A stretch of 64,000 nucleotides of DNA. Origin: Bugula neritina (Eukaryota; Animalia; Bryozoa). Positions 1 to 13,700 of this stretch are shown here, piece after piece. Every line of letters starts with the position of its first letter. The first letter of the stretch is position 1. The DNA is taken from NCBI GenBank assembly GCA_964035545.1, contig OZ037765.1:13464698-13528697 (forward strand), read 5' to 3'. Made by a program: the position numbers and the translations under genes. The notes under the pieces were generated by a model. That model had not been told where the DNA came from. It ran no database searches and saw only the letters and a list, made by a program, of their open reading frames with translations.

Positions 1-439
1 TCATAAAAGAGCTTAAAATATGAAAAGAGTAGTTATCATTAAGCCAAGTAACAGTGTGTATAGCAGTATTCCCCTGGAAAAGAGACAAAAAATTGCCAAC
101 CATTCATGACAGGCTCACAAAACAATGGAGCAGTTCAGAAACCAAATCAGTGGCAACTCAGGTCACTAATCACAAACAACAACCCAGCACACCAAAGTAT
201 TTTATCCAGGACATTCACAAAAGTAGTAACTAAAAAGCCATGACTTATATTCCCACTACCAAAACCAAAACAGTGATCACATTACCAGCATTGTCAACTG
301 ATAAAACCTAGCCTATACCCATGAAACTTTGCCTAACCTATCTATAAGTATCCCTGAATCACTTGAAGCCCATTTTTGCCTAACCCCCTCTCCTTCCTGG
401 CATTCTAGTGAAACTCCGTAGAAGTTCATATAAACAATT

Positions 440-1680
440 AAAATTAATACTTCAACAACTATTAGTTTAACTAGCTAAATTAGGATGTAGGTTTTGGCTA
501 AATATGAATTTAAAAAATAGCATTGGACTTACATATCACAGACATGGTCATATTTATAACAGTTACTAGTAGTATCATATTATGATCAACATCATAAATT
601 AGTTATACTTATAGGCATGCTCATAGGCCATAATAGTACAGGTACCATAGTTATACTCATACTGACCAGTATACTTAGCAGTAATCACTTAATGTCTAAG
701 CACTAAGGCTATGTTAGTGTAACCATGGTTAATTGCTAATTGCTATTAATATTACTATCGTATCGGTACCAGTAAATGAATCTTTAATAATAGTTAACAC
801 ATTGACTTAAAATTATTTCAATAGAAATATTCATATTGCATTTAATGTTAGTTGTAAAATGTTAGGTGTAAAACTTTAGACTTTCAGTTATTCAGAGTGT
901 AGTTGTTAGTGTTTCTATTTGATATTCACCTTTATGTCACAATATGAATATACAAGAAAACATCTATGAACTATTACTAGTACTAGTAATAAGTATAACT
1001 AATAGTAAAGCTATCACCACAAGATGAAGACTGAACTTGAACTTCAATTATAACTGTAAGACTAAGTGTAAACTACAATTATGCGGCATGGGCATGGGCT
1101 CATAGTTATAGCCAATAAGCATAAGCACAACTGTAACATTAACTATGGAAAGTGAAGCTGTTATATCTTTTAATTAAACACCTAAACATATTTACACTTA
1201 CAGTTACAATTATAGTTAATGTTATGCTAATGCTTAAAACTAAAATTTACAGCCTATAGACCACAGGCAATCCGCAGAGTCATCGTCCTACTGAAACTGA
1301 TCGTAAAACCGTAGCACTAGCAGTAGCAGTCATACTCAGATTCAGAGTAATACTGATAGCCATACTAATACACTTACAGTCTCACAAAGCACACTCACAG
1401 CCAACCCCAGTCCATGTGACTGTCAGTATCACTATCCGGTCACTATGACTATGACTATCAGCATGAGTATTAGTAATACCAATAGTATTACAGTAATAGT
1501 ATTACTATTACTATTAGTATTACAGTTACTATTAATATATCTAAAATAATACTTATAGTCATACTTAGACTTAGAGTTACTCAATTACTGTTAGTACTTA
1601 CACTTACTCTTACAGTTACTGTTAGTGTTAGTGTTACTGTTAGTGCTACTGATAGTCACAGCGATAGTATTTATCACGGC
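440..1680. repeat. Low-complexity TAG/TAT/TAC/ACT-rich tract
   Basis: Degenerate period-3/6 runs such as attactattactattagtattacagttactatt and gttagtgttagtgttactgttagtg. Confidence 0.6.
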
Positions 1681-1748
1681 TTTTAACACATTAAAACAAC
1701 AACTTTACTACTTAGTAATTTTGCCAAAGTATGTTTTGCTTGTCTTAC

Positions 1749-1901
1749 ATTCATGATCAACGTCCACTGATTGTCATGGGAGACCACATGTACTGCTTTC
1801 GATTGTACAGGCCTGTGGATCACGCTGGTATACCAGAACCATCGATCTTTTGTTATTGTGTGCCTAGCACAGATACTGTCTTTTTTAAGCATTTCGGCCA
1901 T
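1749..1901 (-). CDS. Candidate first coding exon of an unidentified gene running off the left edge
   Basis: ATG at 1901, 51 open codons (MAEMLKKDSICARHTITKDRWFWYTS...QWTLIMN) ending at a GTAAGA donor (1748-1743). More balanced composition than its flanks. No homology recognised. Confidence 0.3.
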
Positions 1902-2894
1902 TGAATAGCTAAATTAAGGTAATATACCGACATCTTTGAAAAATACAAAATTGGTCTACGATAAGTAAAAATGAACAGTTGAGGAAACAACTCTGCTTGT
2001 TAACGTGCTTCATGCGTTTACATTATACCACATGAAGATATTACATGTTACATTAATAATTAACATGCTTAAAAACTGATCAACTAAAGCTATTATAATA
2101 GAAATGTCATGCTGTACACATTTCATGTTTATCGTGAAAAAACTCTTGTCATTTGAGACTAGTAAAATTGCAACAAAATGGCACAGCTTATATGACTTCA
2201 GCATCTACAATTTGTAAGTAAACTCAAACAAAGTAACAGCAATTAGCTGTAACAATTTTAAAATTTTAAATCAATTGTGGTGATGCATTCAATCAACTTC
2301 ATTTGTAAACTACGGTCAACTTTTCTAACATAGCTTATCAAATTTCTTTTTGCTTATATTTCAAAGTTTCAGCTTCTAATAGCATTCTATATTTATAACA
2401 TAGAGAAAATAACTGATGCTATTAGATGTCCTATTCCCATCTTCATTTTGTTAATTTAACATACCAAATCAAGTCACTTATAAGCCCCATTAATAGCATG
2501 CTTACTACTTTACAAAGTACTGTAATATGCTTGCTATACTGCACCTACGCAATTGTACATACTCATGTATGAACAAAGATATATGTATGCAATATCTAAA
2601 GCTGCTCAATTGTGAAGCACATATTGTTATATGTTATTATTATATAAAAGCATAAAACGTATTATTTATGGTTAAACATTTCATTATAAATGTCATTGTT
2701 TTGTATTTATTGTAAATTACTCAATTAGCTAGTAGAATAGAAACCAACATTGGTTATAATGTACAGGATCGTGTTTTTCAAACCTTACTACGGAATTTTG
2801 TTTATGCACCAGCAAATCTGAAAATGAGGATGTTATAACTTTTTCTTAATGCATGTGACATACTAAGGAAACATTATATTACAGCTTGTAAATT

Positions 2895-3070
2895 GGGAGC
2901 AGCCATGGCCTAGGGGACTAGGCTTAGTAAACCTGAGGTCATGGGTTTGAACCCCAGGTGCTGTTAGGAAGACCATCTAGTCATAATTGATCCAGTGCCA
3001 CATATGAATAAATATTAACCTGCTTTAAAAAACCCTTTCCATCATGAATTCTCACAGGATAGTGACTATA
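2895..3070 (+). mobile_element. tRNA-derived SINE, degenerate copy A
   Basis: Head gggagcagccatggcctaggg, B-box-like gggtttgaaccc, shared core tgttaggaag..catc..gtcataattg, tail aaaccctttcc..ttctcacaggatagtgactata. Aligns by eye with copies at 4830, 5103 and 36820. Confidence 0.7.
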
Positions 3071-3276
3071 TAGCTTGTAAACTACTCTTATATGTGCATC
3101 TATAAGATTTATTATGCTAAGCTCTCTCCTATGTATAATTTTTCAGCTTAAAACTTTTCATTATGCTGACTTTATCACATTAAAAATGTTGGTTTAGGTA
3201 AATATGGAGCTGCAAAATATTTTTTCTTCAAACCTGGAGTTATGCTCTCATATCTATTTTTATTATCTTCTGTATA

Positions 3277-3431
3277 CCCCTCATTCGCACTTACCGTACC
3301 GAAACGCCGTACATGAAGCTTAGACCATTGAACTATAACTGGTTATAGTTTCGGTTCAATGGCTCAGACATTTGTAAAAATGTCTAATATTTGCTGTTAC
3401 GACCTACGGTACGACAAGTGTGAATGAGGAG
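3277..3431. mobile_element. MITE (TIR CCCCTCATTC(G/A)CAC..., PIF/Harbinger-like), internally deleted, hosting a micro-element
   Basis: cccctcattcgcacttaccgtacc ... ggtacgacaagtgtgaatgaggag inverted ends. Same family as 63135-63437. Confidence 0.7.
3326..3361. mobile_element. 36-bp hAT-like micro-element with 8-bp TSD
   Basis: CATTGAAC...GTTCAATG termini, flanked by gcttagac (3318-3325) and gctcagac (3362-3369). The empty site is visible in the sister MITE at about 63193-63208. Confidence 0.75.
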
Positions 3432-4829
3432 CTAGTTTAACATGATAAAAAATGCTGGGTGGTGCTTGTGAAGTACAAAAAATACTTTATACATGTTAAT
3501 GCAGTTTCCAAGATAAGTATTGCTTTTAGAGAGGTTTATATAATTAAAAAAAATTCGATTAAATACAACATAACTGTAATGGTATTCTGAAGATTGGGCA
3601 TATATATAGTTTCCATATAATTATACAACTATGTTTATGTTGATAGCTTATTTATAATAACTTACAATAAATAATTAAAAATGCTGTTGAATTCTCTACT
3701 TACTCTTAATCTCATATAAGCTAAGGCTTTGATGTATAATTGTGCTGGCAAAAATATACATTTTGAAATCTGTCGCAAGCAAAAATTAAATCTAAAATTT
3801 TCATTTGAAAGTTGCATTAATTTATAAACTCTTCAATTTTAAATGAAGTATTTTACAATCATATAATTGAAATTCCTTTGCTACAGCTTGTAGGCTATTT
3901 GAATAAGTTATCATAATCTAATGTAGTTTACTAAACTAGGTAAATGCAGTAAATAAATACACTTGGTTTGTTTTTGTAAAACATGTATTTTTCAATGTGG
4001 AAATTTCATTGAAAGGAATGTAAAACTATATTGTATGCAATTCTATTTTATATCCTCTGAAAATTTCCTGTGGAGAGATAACTAGCTATATACTGGTATA
4101 TTATATAGCAGTCAAGATATTTAAGCAACCCTATACTCAGATGTATAATTAGCTGCAGGACTGAAATAATAAAAGTATGTTAGCTCAGTTATAAAGCTGC
4201 TAAACAGAGTAAACAGCAACGTATCATAGTATTTGTTATGCTCACGAATCATTCAACTAAAACTTAATTACAAAATTACTTTATTCATGTGTCTCTAATT
4301 TAATTCTGGAAAAGCTGACAGTAAAAATATAATTATGATCTAGCTTCCAGCTGTGTCGAAAGCAATCAGTAAAAGTGAGATGGATATAAGCTGCAGGGTG
4401 GTCCCAGTCAGTTTATACAGGCATCTACAACACCTGGAACTACTTGTGCTATGCCGTACTACAGCATAGCAGTAGTGGCCAGAACATAAAGAGCTCAGTA
4501 ACAAATATAGTGCTAACAAATAAATAAATACTTTCTACAGCTAGCTTAGAAACATAATATAAATCTTATAAAGACCACAGTGGAAACATTAGTTTAAACC
4601 TAGCATGTATATTTGACTAGAGCACGGTTGTAGCAAAATAATGAACTAAGACAATGCTTATATTGTACATGTAGCACATAATTGCTGTTTTATTACAAGG
4701 GCATTACATCTTAAAATGGAATGATATGTGCGACTACAAATATTATTTAGCCAGATTAGTAAACATCATCAAATTAATTTCCTGAGTGTGCTACATATAC
4801 TATAATGTGTATAAACCTCATGCAAGTTT

Positions 4830-5028
4830 ATAGTTACCATCTCTGTGAGAACCCCTGGAGGAAAGGGTTTTTTAAATCGGTCTAAGGACTTCTTTTTTGT
4901 ATTGTGTCAAAGGAGCAATTATGACTGAATGCCCTTCCTAACATCACCAATGGCCTTTACTGAGATTCGAACCCCTGACCTTGTGTTAACTAAGCCAGTG
5001 CTCTAACCCTTAGACTACTGCTGCTCTC
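4830..5028 (-). mobile_element. tRNA-derived SINE, copy B
   Basis: Minus strand: gagagcagcagTAGTCTAAGGGttagagc (A box) ... GGTTCGAATCT (B box), core ggtgatgttaggaagggcattcagtcataattgctcc, tail aaaccctttcctccaggggttctcacagagatggtaactata. Confidence 0.8.
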
Positions 5029-5102
5029 TACATGATATTATAATATATATCTTATAATGTTATAACTATATAAAAATGTAAGCATTGTAAAATAGTAAAT
5101 TA

Positions 5103-5288
5103 GAGAGGAGCTATTGCTGGTGGTGATACAGGCCTAGCTGTGATGCAGGTCATGAGTTTCAGTCCAGACTATTGGTGATGTTAGGAAAAGCATCCTATGA
5201 TAATTGCCCCTGTGCCTCAGTAAAACACTGGAACCAGTATGGTAAGGGGCAAAGTTTTTGTCATCAGGAGTTCTCACATGGATGGATA
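5103..5288 (+). mobile_element. tRNA-derived SINE, degenerate copy C (head-to-head with copy B)
   Basis: Core ttggtgatgttaggaaaagcatcctatgataattgcccc and tail tcatcaggagttctcacatggatgg match the family. Confidence 0.6.
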
Positions 5289-7616
5289 TTTTAAACAAAT
5301 GCAATTGCAAGATTGTATAATAGTAGATTACAAACATTTACAGCATTACAGCATTTGTAAAATAGTTGCTTCATAGCTAAAAAGTGTGTGAAAACTCCTT
5401 TTAAAATGTATAATAACTATAAAAATTGATACTAAAATTTTAATTAGTTTATTTAGTGCATGTTATAATACTTGTGAAGAATGCTTGCTAGTAGTGCTAA
5501 GTGAAGTTGTTTGAATTTTTGTTTACTAATCAGTCAGTTTACATTGTATTTGGCTACTAGGAAAGATAAAACAGAACTGTGTCGACATGACAGGGAAAGT
5601 ATGTATCCTGATTGCTACACAGCACTATGTTAATTTGCATGCAAGTTCTATTATTAGATATTTCAGTCGAAATGTCTGTCAAATGCCTTTTTATGTGCAA
5701 TATTGTAACTGGGAAGTGTTGTTTAAGTCTTCTACCCAGGGTTTGTGAGTTATTGTTTAAGTTGATGGGGCTATATTGACCCACAAAGAAATCTAAGTGT
5801 ATAATAGCCTTGGTTTGTGACATAGTTTATTCTGTAACTACCAACCTTTCATAAATTGCTTTAATGGTATAGACTATAGACTATATAGCATGCTACTTGT
5901 TTAGTGCAATATATTAGTACTGATATTCCAAGTGGTTTGAAAGCCTTCATACAACTTTTAACCTAAGTTCATACTTTAATCATTAAGTTTGTCAGTTGAC
6001 TGAATACATACACACCTCATATGCCACCTTACTCACAATACTCCATATTTATTACAGTCTATACTTCATCAAATCATTCTGCAACAGCACGCTTCATTTT
6101 ACAAAGTTAACTCACGCACCCATTTTAGTTTTCTCACAACCATTCTGCTCCTGATACTGTATAATTACAGAGAATATATAGAGAGCCTTTTATTAAAATC
6201 AATTCCATTGACTTTTAATCAAAAGCAATATTATGATCTATTAGCTAAAGGTTTTGTACTCAGCAGGTTTTAGCTAGTATAAAATTGACATTACTGTCAT
6301 TAGAAATACAGAATTTTAATCAATTGACGCTATAAAAATGTAAATTATGATATATCAAAATTATAAATATTCTATAACAATTTGTAGATAATTAATTAAA
6401 ATGGTAATTTTACCTTTTAGAGTATGGTTGCCAACATCACTAATGGCTTTATCTACCCACAACTCGTGCTATACTAAACTATTTCAAACTAGTATGACTC
6501 AGATGTGAGTTTAACTTTACAAAGCATAATAAATTATGCACATGAAAGTGATAAGTTTATAATGAGCTATATGATTTAAATATTAAGCTAAAAAGTTATC
6601 TCACGTTTCACTACACAATCTTCGTTTCGTGTTTTGATAATTGCAACTATTAGTGAAAGATACATGCAAACCTTATAAATTTTGTTTATACAACTACCTT
6701 GTCCTACAAACAAGTTACTTTGTAGAAATTTAACTGTAATTTTTCTGCTGATCAGTTTTTAAAGTGATGTTATAAAATTTGGAAATATGCAAGTTTTGCT
6801 ATAGTACTAATAGCATGTATTCGCTACTTGAACATCCACATATAAAATTTATACTATAAATTATCTATTTTTTAAATTATATTAGTGATTTAAAAACCTT
6901 GAAGCTCTCAATTTTCCAAAACATACACCCAGTTTTATTTAGAGCACAATAATACATGCAATGTAGCCCACAAAGCATGGGATGAAGTAGAGGCTGTGAG
7001 AAAACATAAACATATATACTTCTTTAGTATCAAACTGTACTGGAGCACATCATAATAAATTTGAAAGTGCATCAAAAGTTTTCAAAGTCTTTTATTCCGA
7101 GTTAAGCTTGAAGTTTGCCTATTTTTATTTATAAAATGCAGAATTGTTTCAATTTCTATTTCACAATAAAATAAATTACTCATTCCGCATAGAATATTAT
7201 ATGTTAAGCAATAACTCTAATGAAATAGATTACAGTTTGATACTATCATAGAATAAACTGCTTTGCATTTCAAACTTTCAAAACGTTTGTAGTAGTTACA
7301 AAGGCTGCAGCGCGTAAAAAAATCATGATGTAAGAACTTTCGCAAAATATCCAAGAAAATTTGTGTGTTATACAGAAAGTGAGAATTTTTGATAGAGCTG
7401 CTTGGGTGAAATATAAGCAGTGTGAGTGATATATGTATTCAACCACAATCATTGGATCTTGGAGCTACCATCTAGCTACCATCTAGCTATAACTTATAGG
7501 TTTTTTAGTTTTTTTTAAAGGAAAAGATTATATTTTAACTAGTCCTAGTGAGATGCTAGTCACCAAAAACTAATAGCTTCTTTACAATGTTTCCTCTCAC
7601 TAACTAATGACTAAAA

Positions 7617-7698
7617 CCAATCAACTGTCATACTGGCTAAAACTAGCCAATCAGAAAAATGTACTGAGTCACTCGAGTGGATATGCATAATATATAAG
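7617..7698 (+). promoter_or_regulatory. Putative BarX proximal promoter
   Basis: CCAAT boxes at 7617 and 7647 (30-bp spacing), AP-1-type TGAGTCA at 7665, TATATAAG at 7691, about 100 bp upstream of the ATG at 7797. Confidence 0.5.
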
Positions 7699-7796
7699 AA
7701 ACAACCTCAAACTTGCATTTCACCTTAGATAAAGGATTCATTAACAAGATATAAGAATAAAACTAAAAGTTTGAGTCAAATTCTTTTGGTGTGAGA

Positions 7797-10700
7797 ATGC
7801 AGCAAAGCCGTGAGAAAACCTCCTTTTTAATAAAAGACATTCTCAACCTACCAGCCAACCAACACACAGCAGCAGCAGCAGCAGCAGCAACAGAACATAT
7901 GAATTTCTTCACCACAGAATTGATACAAAAACCTACTCCAGTTAAAATGGAATCATTTTCAAGGTTTCCTGCAGAATTGTTGCTACTAAGAGAAGGTATG
8001 TTACTATCACAATGAGTAAGATATTAAGGAACAGCTTTGGCTAATAGCCTTTTGATAAAAAGTTATACTACAAATTTTGTTGCTGTTATTTATTAATAAT
8101 AATATTATTTATGCTCTGGTAAATATGTACCTATGCCATCTTTAGCTTTTGTCAAACCATATCAAGTAATTGTTCAAACAATCACGATAATATACAGTGA
8201 ACATGTGAAAGATGCTTAAATCTATTCTGTACAACTGCTCTTAGCCGAGACCATTGATATAATTAAATATTTCAGACTCTAAATGTAATTGTATTTCATT
8301 ATTGAGACAGATTACTGAAATGCCAATTACTATTTCATCTTGCATCTAAAAATATATAACTGGAAATTTTGCAATGTTTTGGCTACAGTTTAACTACAAC
8401 TTATTTGTACCGAACAACAAATTTTGTTACTACAAGCATAGTAAAACATACGACTCAGAATATCAAAGAATCCCTGCATGGTTTGTTGATAAATCTTTTT
8501 TTTTTAAAATGAGCTGTTGCTTTCAAAATATACAAAACAATAAAATATTATATTTTTCAATTTAATGTGCATGGTGGTAATGATACAACTGGCTTAAAGT
8601 CAAAGTATTTCTTGAAACTCTATTTTTACATAAAGCCTTCAATACAGTGTCTGGTAAAAATGGCACTGGTAAAAATGGCACTGGTAAAAATGGCACAGGT
8701 AAAAATGGCACAATTGGCAAATTAGGTAAGAACGGCACACTTTCAAAATTAGGGTTTGGGGTGGGGTTGGGGGTTTGGAATGGGGAGTTTGAGTTTGGGG
8801 TTTGAGAAAATTTAACATCAGTGTGCCATTTTTACCTGTGCCATTTTTACTTAACATCCTTCAATACAATCTCTTTTAACTAAAATACTCCACCATATGT
8901 TATAAAGATTGACCACCTGTAAAAATTGGTTTAACTATTGAAACTATTTTTAGAAGAAAAAAATGTTAAGCTTTCTGATTCTTTTGTAAATGAAAATAAA
9001 AGTTGCTTTCCTCTATTAACAGCCATTGTACGTAATACCTAGTAACAATACATGTTTATACTTCTCAGTTCTCATTAATTATGCTTTTGCCAGCTGTGCT
9101 GGTGTGCATATTTTGTTGACATGCTTCAGTACAAAATTTGTGCTCTCAGCATTGATTTTTATAAAATGCAAGTTGTAACTGATGACTGATGACTTCAAAT
9201 TTGACCACTTACTGTGACCTGTCATATTAGTGTCACATGAAAATTGTTGAAGTTCAAAAAACAACAAATCATTAGCAATAATTTCCACAGTGAAAGATAG
9301 GTACGTAGCTAGCTCGTGTTCTATTGAATTTATAAGCACCCCACCCTTCCGCCACTTCTTTGATATGCAATAGTAATTTAAAAATTGACAAATTAATCAA
9401 TAAATAGCTATTACTACTTCTAATAACATAGTAAGTACTCAACTATGTACTCTATTAAAAACATACATTTTATTAAAATGTCTGTATTTCCAACAGTCTC
9501 ATCCCAGATTAATTTAGCCATCTATTATAATTATAATATTCTAAAAACATTCTCTACCAACTATAATACTTTAATTCCCTGTTTGTAGCTCATGCGAAAA
9601 TTAACCATAAAAGAGCAAAACAATAATTATTGTCACTTATGCATTAATGGCAATAAATCATGATTAGTGACTATATACCAGTCAAATTTCCCATTTTATT
9701 AATGATTTTTCTGATTGTAATTGCCTTTTCCAATATAAGTTAGCATTCCAGGAGGTTACCTAACTGCGCAAAATAATTAGTGCTAGAGATTAAGCACGGT
9801 ATTTGTCATCTCCTTACATATCATTACAAAAATTCTAGATTTTGCCAAGCACTGTGCAGCTGCTGCAGAGAAGCTGTTACGTAAAGACAGCATAAACTCC
9901 CTGTTCAACTTGAGTTCTACTGGTGACCAGAAGCACCTACCACCAACAGCAGTAAGTGACACAGAACACATGGAGTGCGAGAAATTGTCACCAGCCCTTT
10001 CCAAGTGCAGGAGATCCAGAACGGTGTTCACAGAAATGCAACTTCTCGGATTAGAAAAGAAATTTGAAAGCAACAAATACTTATCCACTGCTGAGAGAAC
10101 TGATCTGGCAAACCATCTGCACCTTACTCAACTGCAAGTCAAAACCTGGTACCAAAACAGACGAATGAAGTGGAAAAAGCATGTAAGAATATATTATTTA
10201 AAGCTTACTTATTTCTGCACAATATGTTTATGCTGCAAAGTTAAATTCACTGTAATTTATACAGTAATTAAATTAAAATTACAGCAAGAAGTGGAAAGTA
10301 ATGATTTTAATGTTTTTTTAAAAAACTGATATTAAGGAGTTCAAAACATCTTCACTGGCAGCAGTGATTTCAGACAAACAAAGAAGTATATATGTCTTTA
10401 TTGTAAAGAGCCAATTAATATTTTTGAAAGCTGTTGAATTCAGATAATAAAAGTTTAGAGTTATTGGCTAACATCAAAATGAAGGACAAGTGATTAGTTC
10501 TTATAAAAGCCAACAGATCTATTTTTAAAGCAATTAGTGAGGGAGTTTGCAAGTGTGACACTAAATTTAGCATTGACTCAAGAGGGTAATGGTTTTCGTA
10601 TCTAACAACAACATACTCATTGGTGGCCAATATGTGGTATGTCACTACTAACAATCTATTTGATCAAAAGGATGTTTTGAAGTCAAAGCAAAGTTCAGGA

Positions 10701-13700
10701 ATTGAGGAGGTAATAAACTATAAAGTAACAGTGTCTCAGTACAATTAGTGCATTATAAAATGTTTTTCCACGTCAGTGTGCAACAGTTTTGTAATGGAAA
10801 TACATTGACCTCAAAGTTTCTGTAAGCCATTCTGACACTGGTAGAAAAGTAATGACTTCTTAATAAAACTTCCCCATAATCATAATTTACAGTCTGACTT
10901 AAAAACCCATGACTAATAACAGTATAAGCTAAATAGGCTAGTTTTTGCTTCAATCCTAGGAAGTAATATAAACACTAATTATATAAAGTGTTTGAAATTT
11001 TATTCACATAAATTTTCCAGATTTAATTACGCCAGATATCAATTACAGATATGGCTAAAAACATGCTTCAGATAATAAAGTGACTGCTAATGGCTAGCAA
11101 TATGTTTGATACAGAAATGATTTACATTTTAGAACATGGCAAATGTGCTTATTGTGTGCCAGGAGCGCTTTTTTATGGTTTGCAGTAATGAATAATTTAA
11201 TGATTATATTTATTGTAACTTTGAAATGAAAAGGTAATTACTAATACTAAACTAATTTTTGAGGTTTCCAATGATTGACAACACAGTAGCGCAATGATGA
11301 ATGATGTTTGTTATAAATTGACTACGCAAAAAATTAAACTATTTCAGTCATATTATTTAATATATTTATATCAAAAACAATTTTGTGTGGACAAAAATTA
11401 AGCTGAAATTTGCACCTGTTTTGTTCAGCAAAACATCATATTTTATTCACTGGCAACTCTTACAGAATGTAGGCAAGAAAAGACTACCATTAAAATAAAC
11501 TAGTGCTAAAGTTGAAACTATGCTTATGTTCGCCAAATGCACTCGAGAAAAGTAGTGATTTAGTGCAACAAAACGGTAGGAGATATTTCTAAAATCATTA
11601 TCGCATGGACACCCAACTGTAATACCAATTAAAGGTGAATCAGTGCTTTACTCCTCTATTTTATACTAATTTTGTGCAAGTGTATACAAGTGGATGGTAT
11701 TCATATGCAGTCTGCTGGACACATGCGATGCCAGGAGTCAATTTGAGTTACATATAACATGTTGTGTAAACTGTAAATACATGCTCTGTTGCCCATTCCC
11801 ATGCAATACTCTGCATGCTCATATGTCATAATGAAACAGGGAAACATAGATGCTTCTATTCATATTGAATAATAGATCTTGTAATGTGTGCACCAAGTAT
11901 CTGGCATATGACAATAGAAAGGAAATAATGCTGTCTTGTGTGATTGAATTGGTGCACAGATAAATGAAAACATTGCCCAAATGTTCTTTTTGGAGAAACA
12001 GCCATCGCCTATAATTTTAAACGTATATAGGTATATTCTCCCATGTTTCCACTTTTTGCAAATTATTGGTAGTTTTTCAATAAAAAAATGCTGTACTTTG
12101 TACAGCTTTCTGCACAATTCCTCAATTGATATTTCCAACTTTTACCTGATATGCACATTATTATAGTCTACCAGCTTGTCTGATGTTAAACGGAATTGAA
12201 AAAAGTTTCATTGACTTGTAATGGTAGAATTTATTACAGAGCCTGGAAATATCACCCATAAGACTTTCTATGCAATAAACAACATGTCTAGGCAGTTATA
12301 AATGTTATGGGTAATAAATAAACTAATTTTACATCAAATGACCATGTTAGTGCCATAATCTTCTTTCCTATTAAATTTATCTTCAATTATTGCTTCAAAA
12401 TAGACAAACATTAAGGATACAGTTAAATTAAATAAATGCAACTTTAAAGTTAAATCATAAATACAAGTTAGATAATAGTAAGTAATTAATTTGTTTGCGC
12501 TGAAGTATAAAAACTTGGTGGAGCAAACATCTATCTAAATTCATTTCCTTTGTGGCAGAAAGATCAAAAGGCACTTGGAAGCCACCATTGGATATATTCT
12601 GCTCTATTGATATTCTAATTATGTATGATATTAAAGCTGTTCACCTGGAAGTAATGAATGAGCATGTGCCAGTCTTAACATAACATATCAATCAACAGAA
12701 ATGTACCCCCAACAGGTGACCAAATAATTAAACTAAAATGTTGTTATTACAGTATTAGTTGGCTATCAAACTTTTGTTAATATGCAGAAAGCAGTCTGCT
12801 GATATAAGAAATAACATACAGCAGTTGAGTGCACAAACAGAACTATACATGTTACTTACTCTCAACACTTACACATCACTTGCACCGGTAGCTAGTATTA
12901 AAGTTATTCCTACACTTTTTAAACTTTAATTTATCTCTATTAAATTATATGTGCTTTTACTGATCATTTTCTGATACTGATTTAGTCATTCAAAGAAATT
13001 AAAACCCTACCGTGTAAAATTCTGATCCACAACTATATTTATTTCTCACTACTAAGAAGTTTTGAATTCTTTCTTGTTTGAAATTTTGAAAAAATTTAAT
13101 TTAGAGCAAATAGGATAAAATAAAAGCTTGAGAAAAAAAATCATTGAGCATTGCATATAAATTTTATTACAAGTATAAGGGTATTAATCAATAATGAAAT
13201 ATTTATAACGTAATATTTTTCACAATAATTTAATATAATAACCGCAAAACATAGGTTTCATAAAACAATCCAAATTTAGTGTATGAGAGCAAAAATTGCC
13301 ATACAGCTCCAATTTATAATTCTCAATTTATTTTTTATAAACTAGCCACAGCTGATGTTTTTATTTAATACATTTTCAGTGACGCAGAAAATCAAAAGAT
13401 AGATTGCATTTTAGCTAAGCAAAGTAGAGCGACAATCTGCATTATGCATATTAGAAGATTAACCATATTACATATAGGTTCTGGAAATTGAAGAAAGATC
13501 GATTGATCTGTATAAGCAGAATTAAGGTGACACACTTGTACATTGTAATAGTTAAATGTAGGAAGTACAATCATATGAGGAAAACTGTTTGTGGATATGG
13601 AGTTGCCACTAAGCAATTACTAAATAAAATGTATCAGGATTAATTTAGCTTCCATAGCAAAATGTAAAAAGGTACAAATATGAACTAATTTGTATGCTAT

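Noticed and set aside
4950-5028. tRNA gene
   Set aside because: A and B boxes are present, but there is no complete cloverleaf and it continues into a repeated SINE body.
8653-8712. CRISPR-like array
   Set aside because: Head-to-tail units with no spacers, eukaryotic context, part of a MITE.
9783-10088. Minus-strand 101-aa ORF, and similar antisense ORFs over RBBP5, LRRC74 and gag-pol
   Set aside because: Antisense to well-supported exons.
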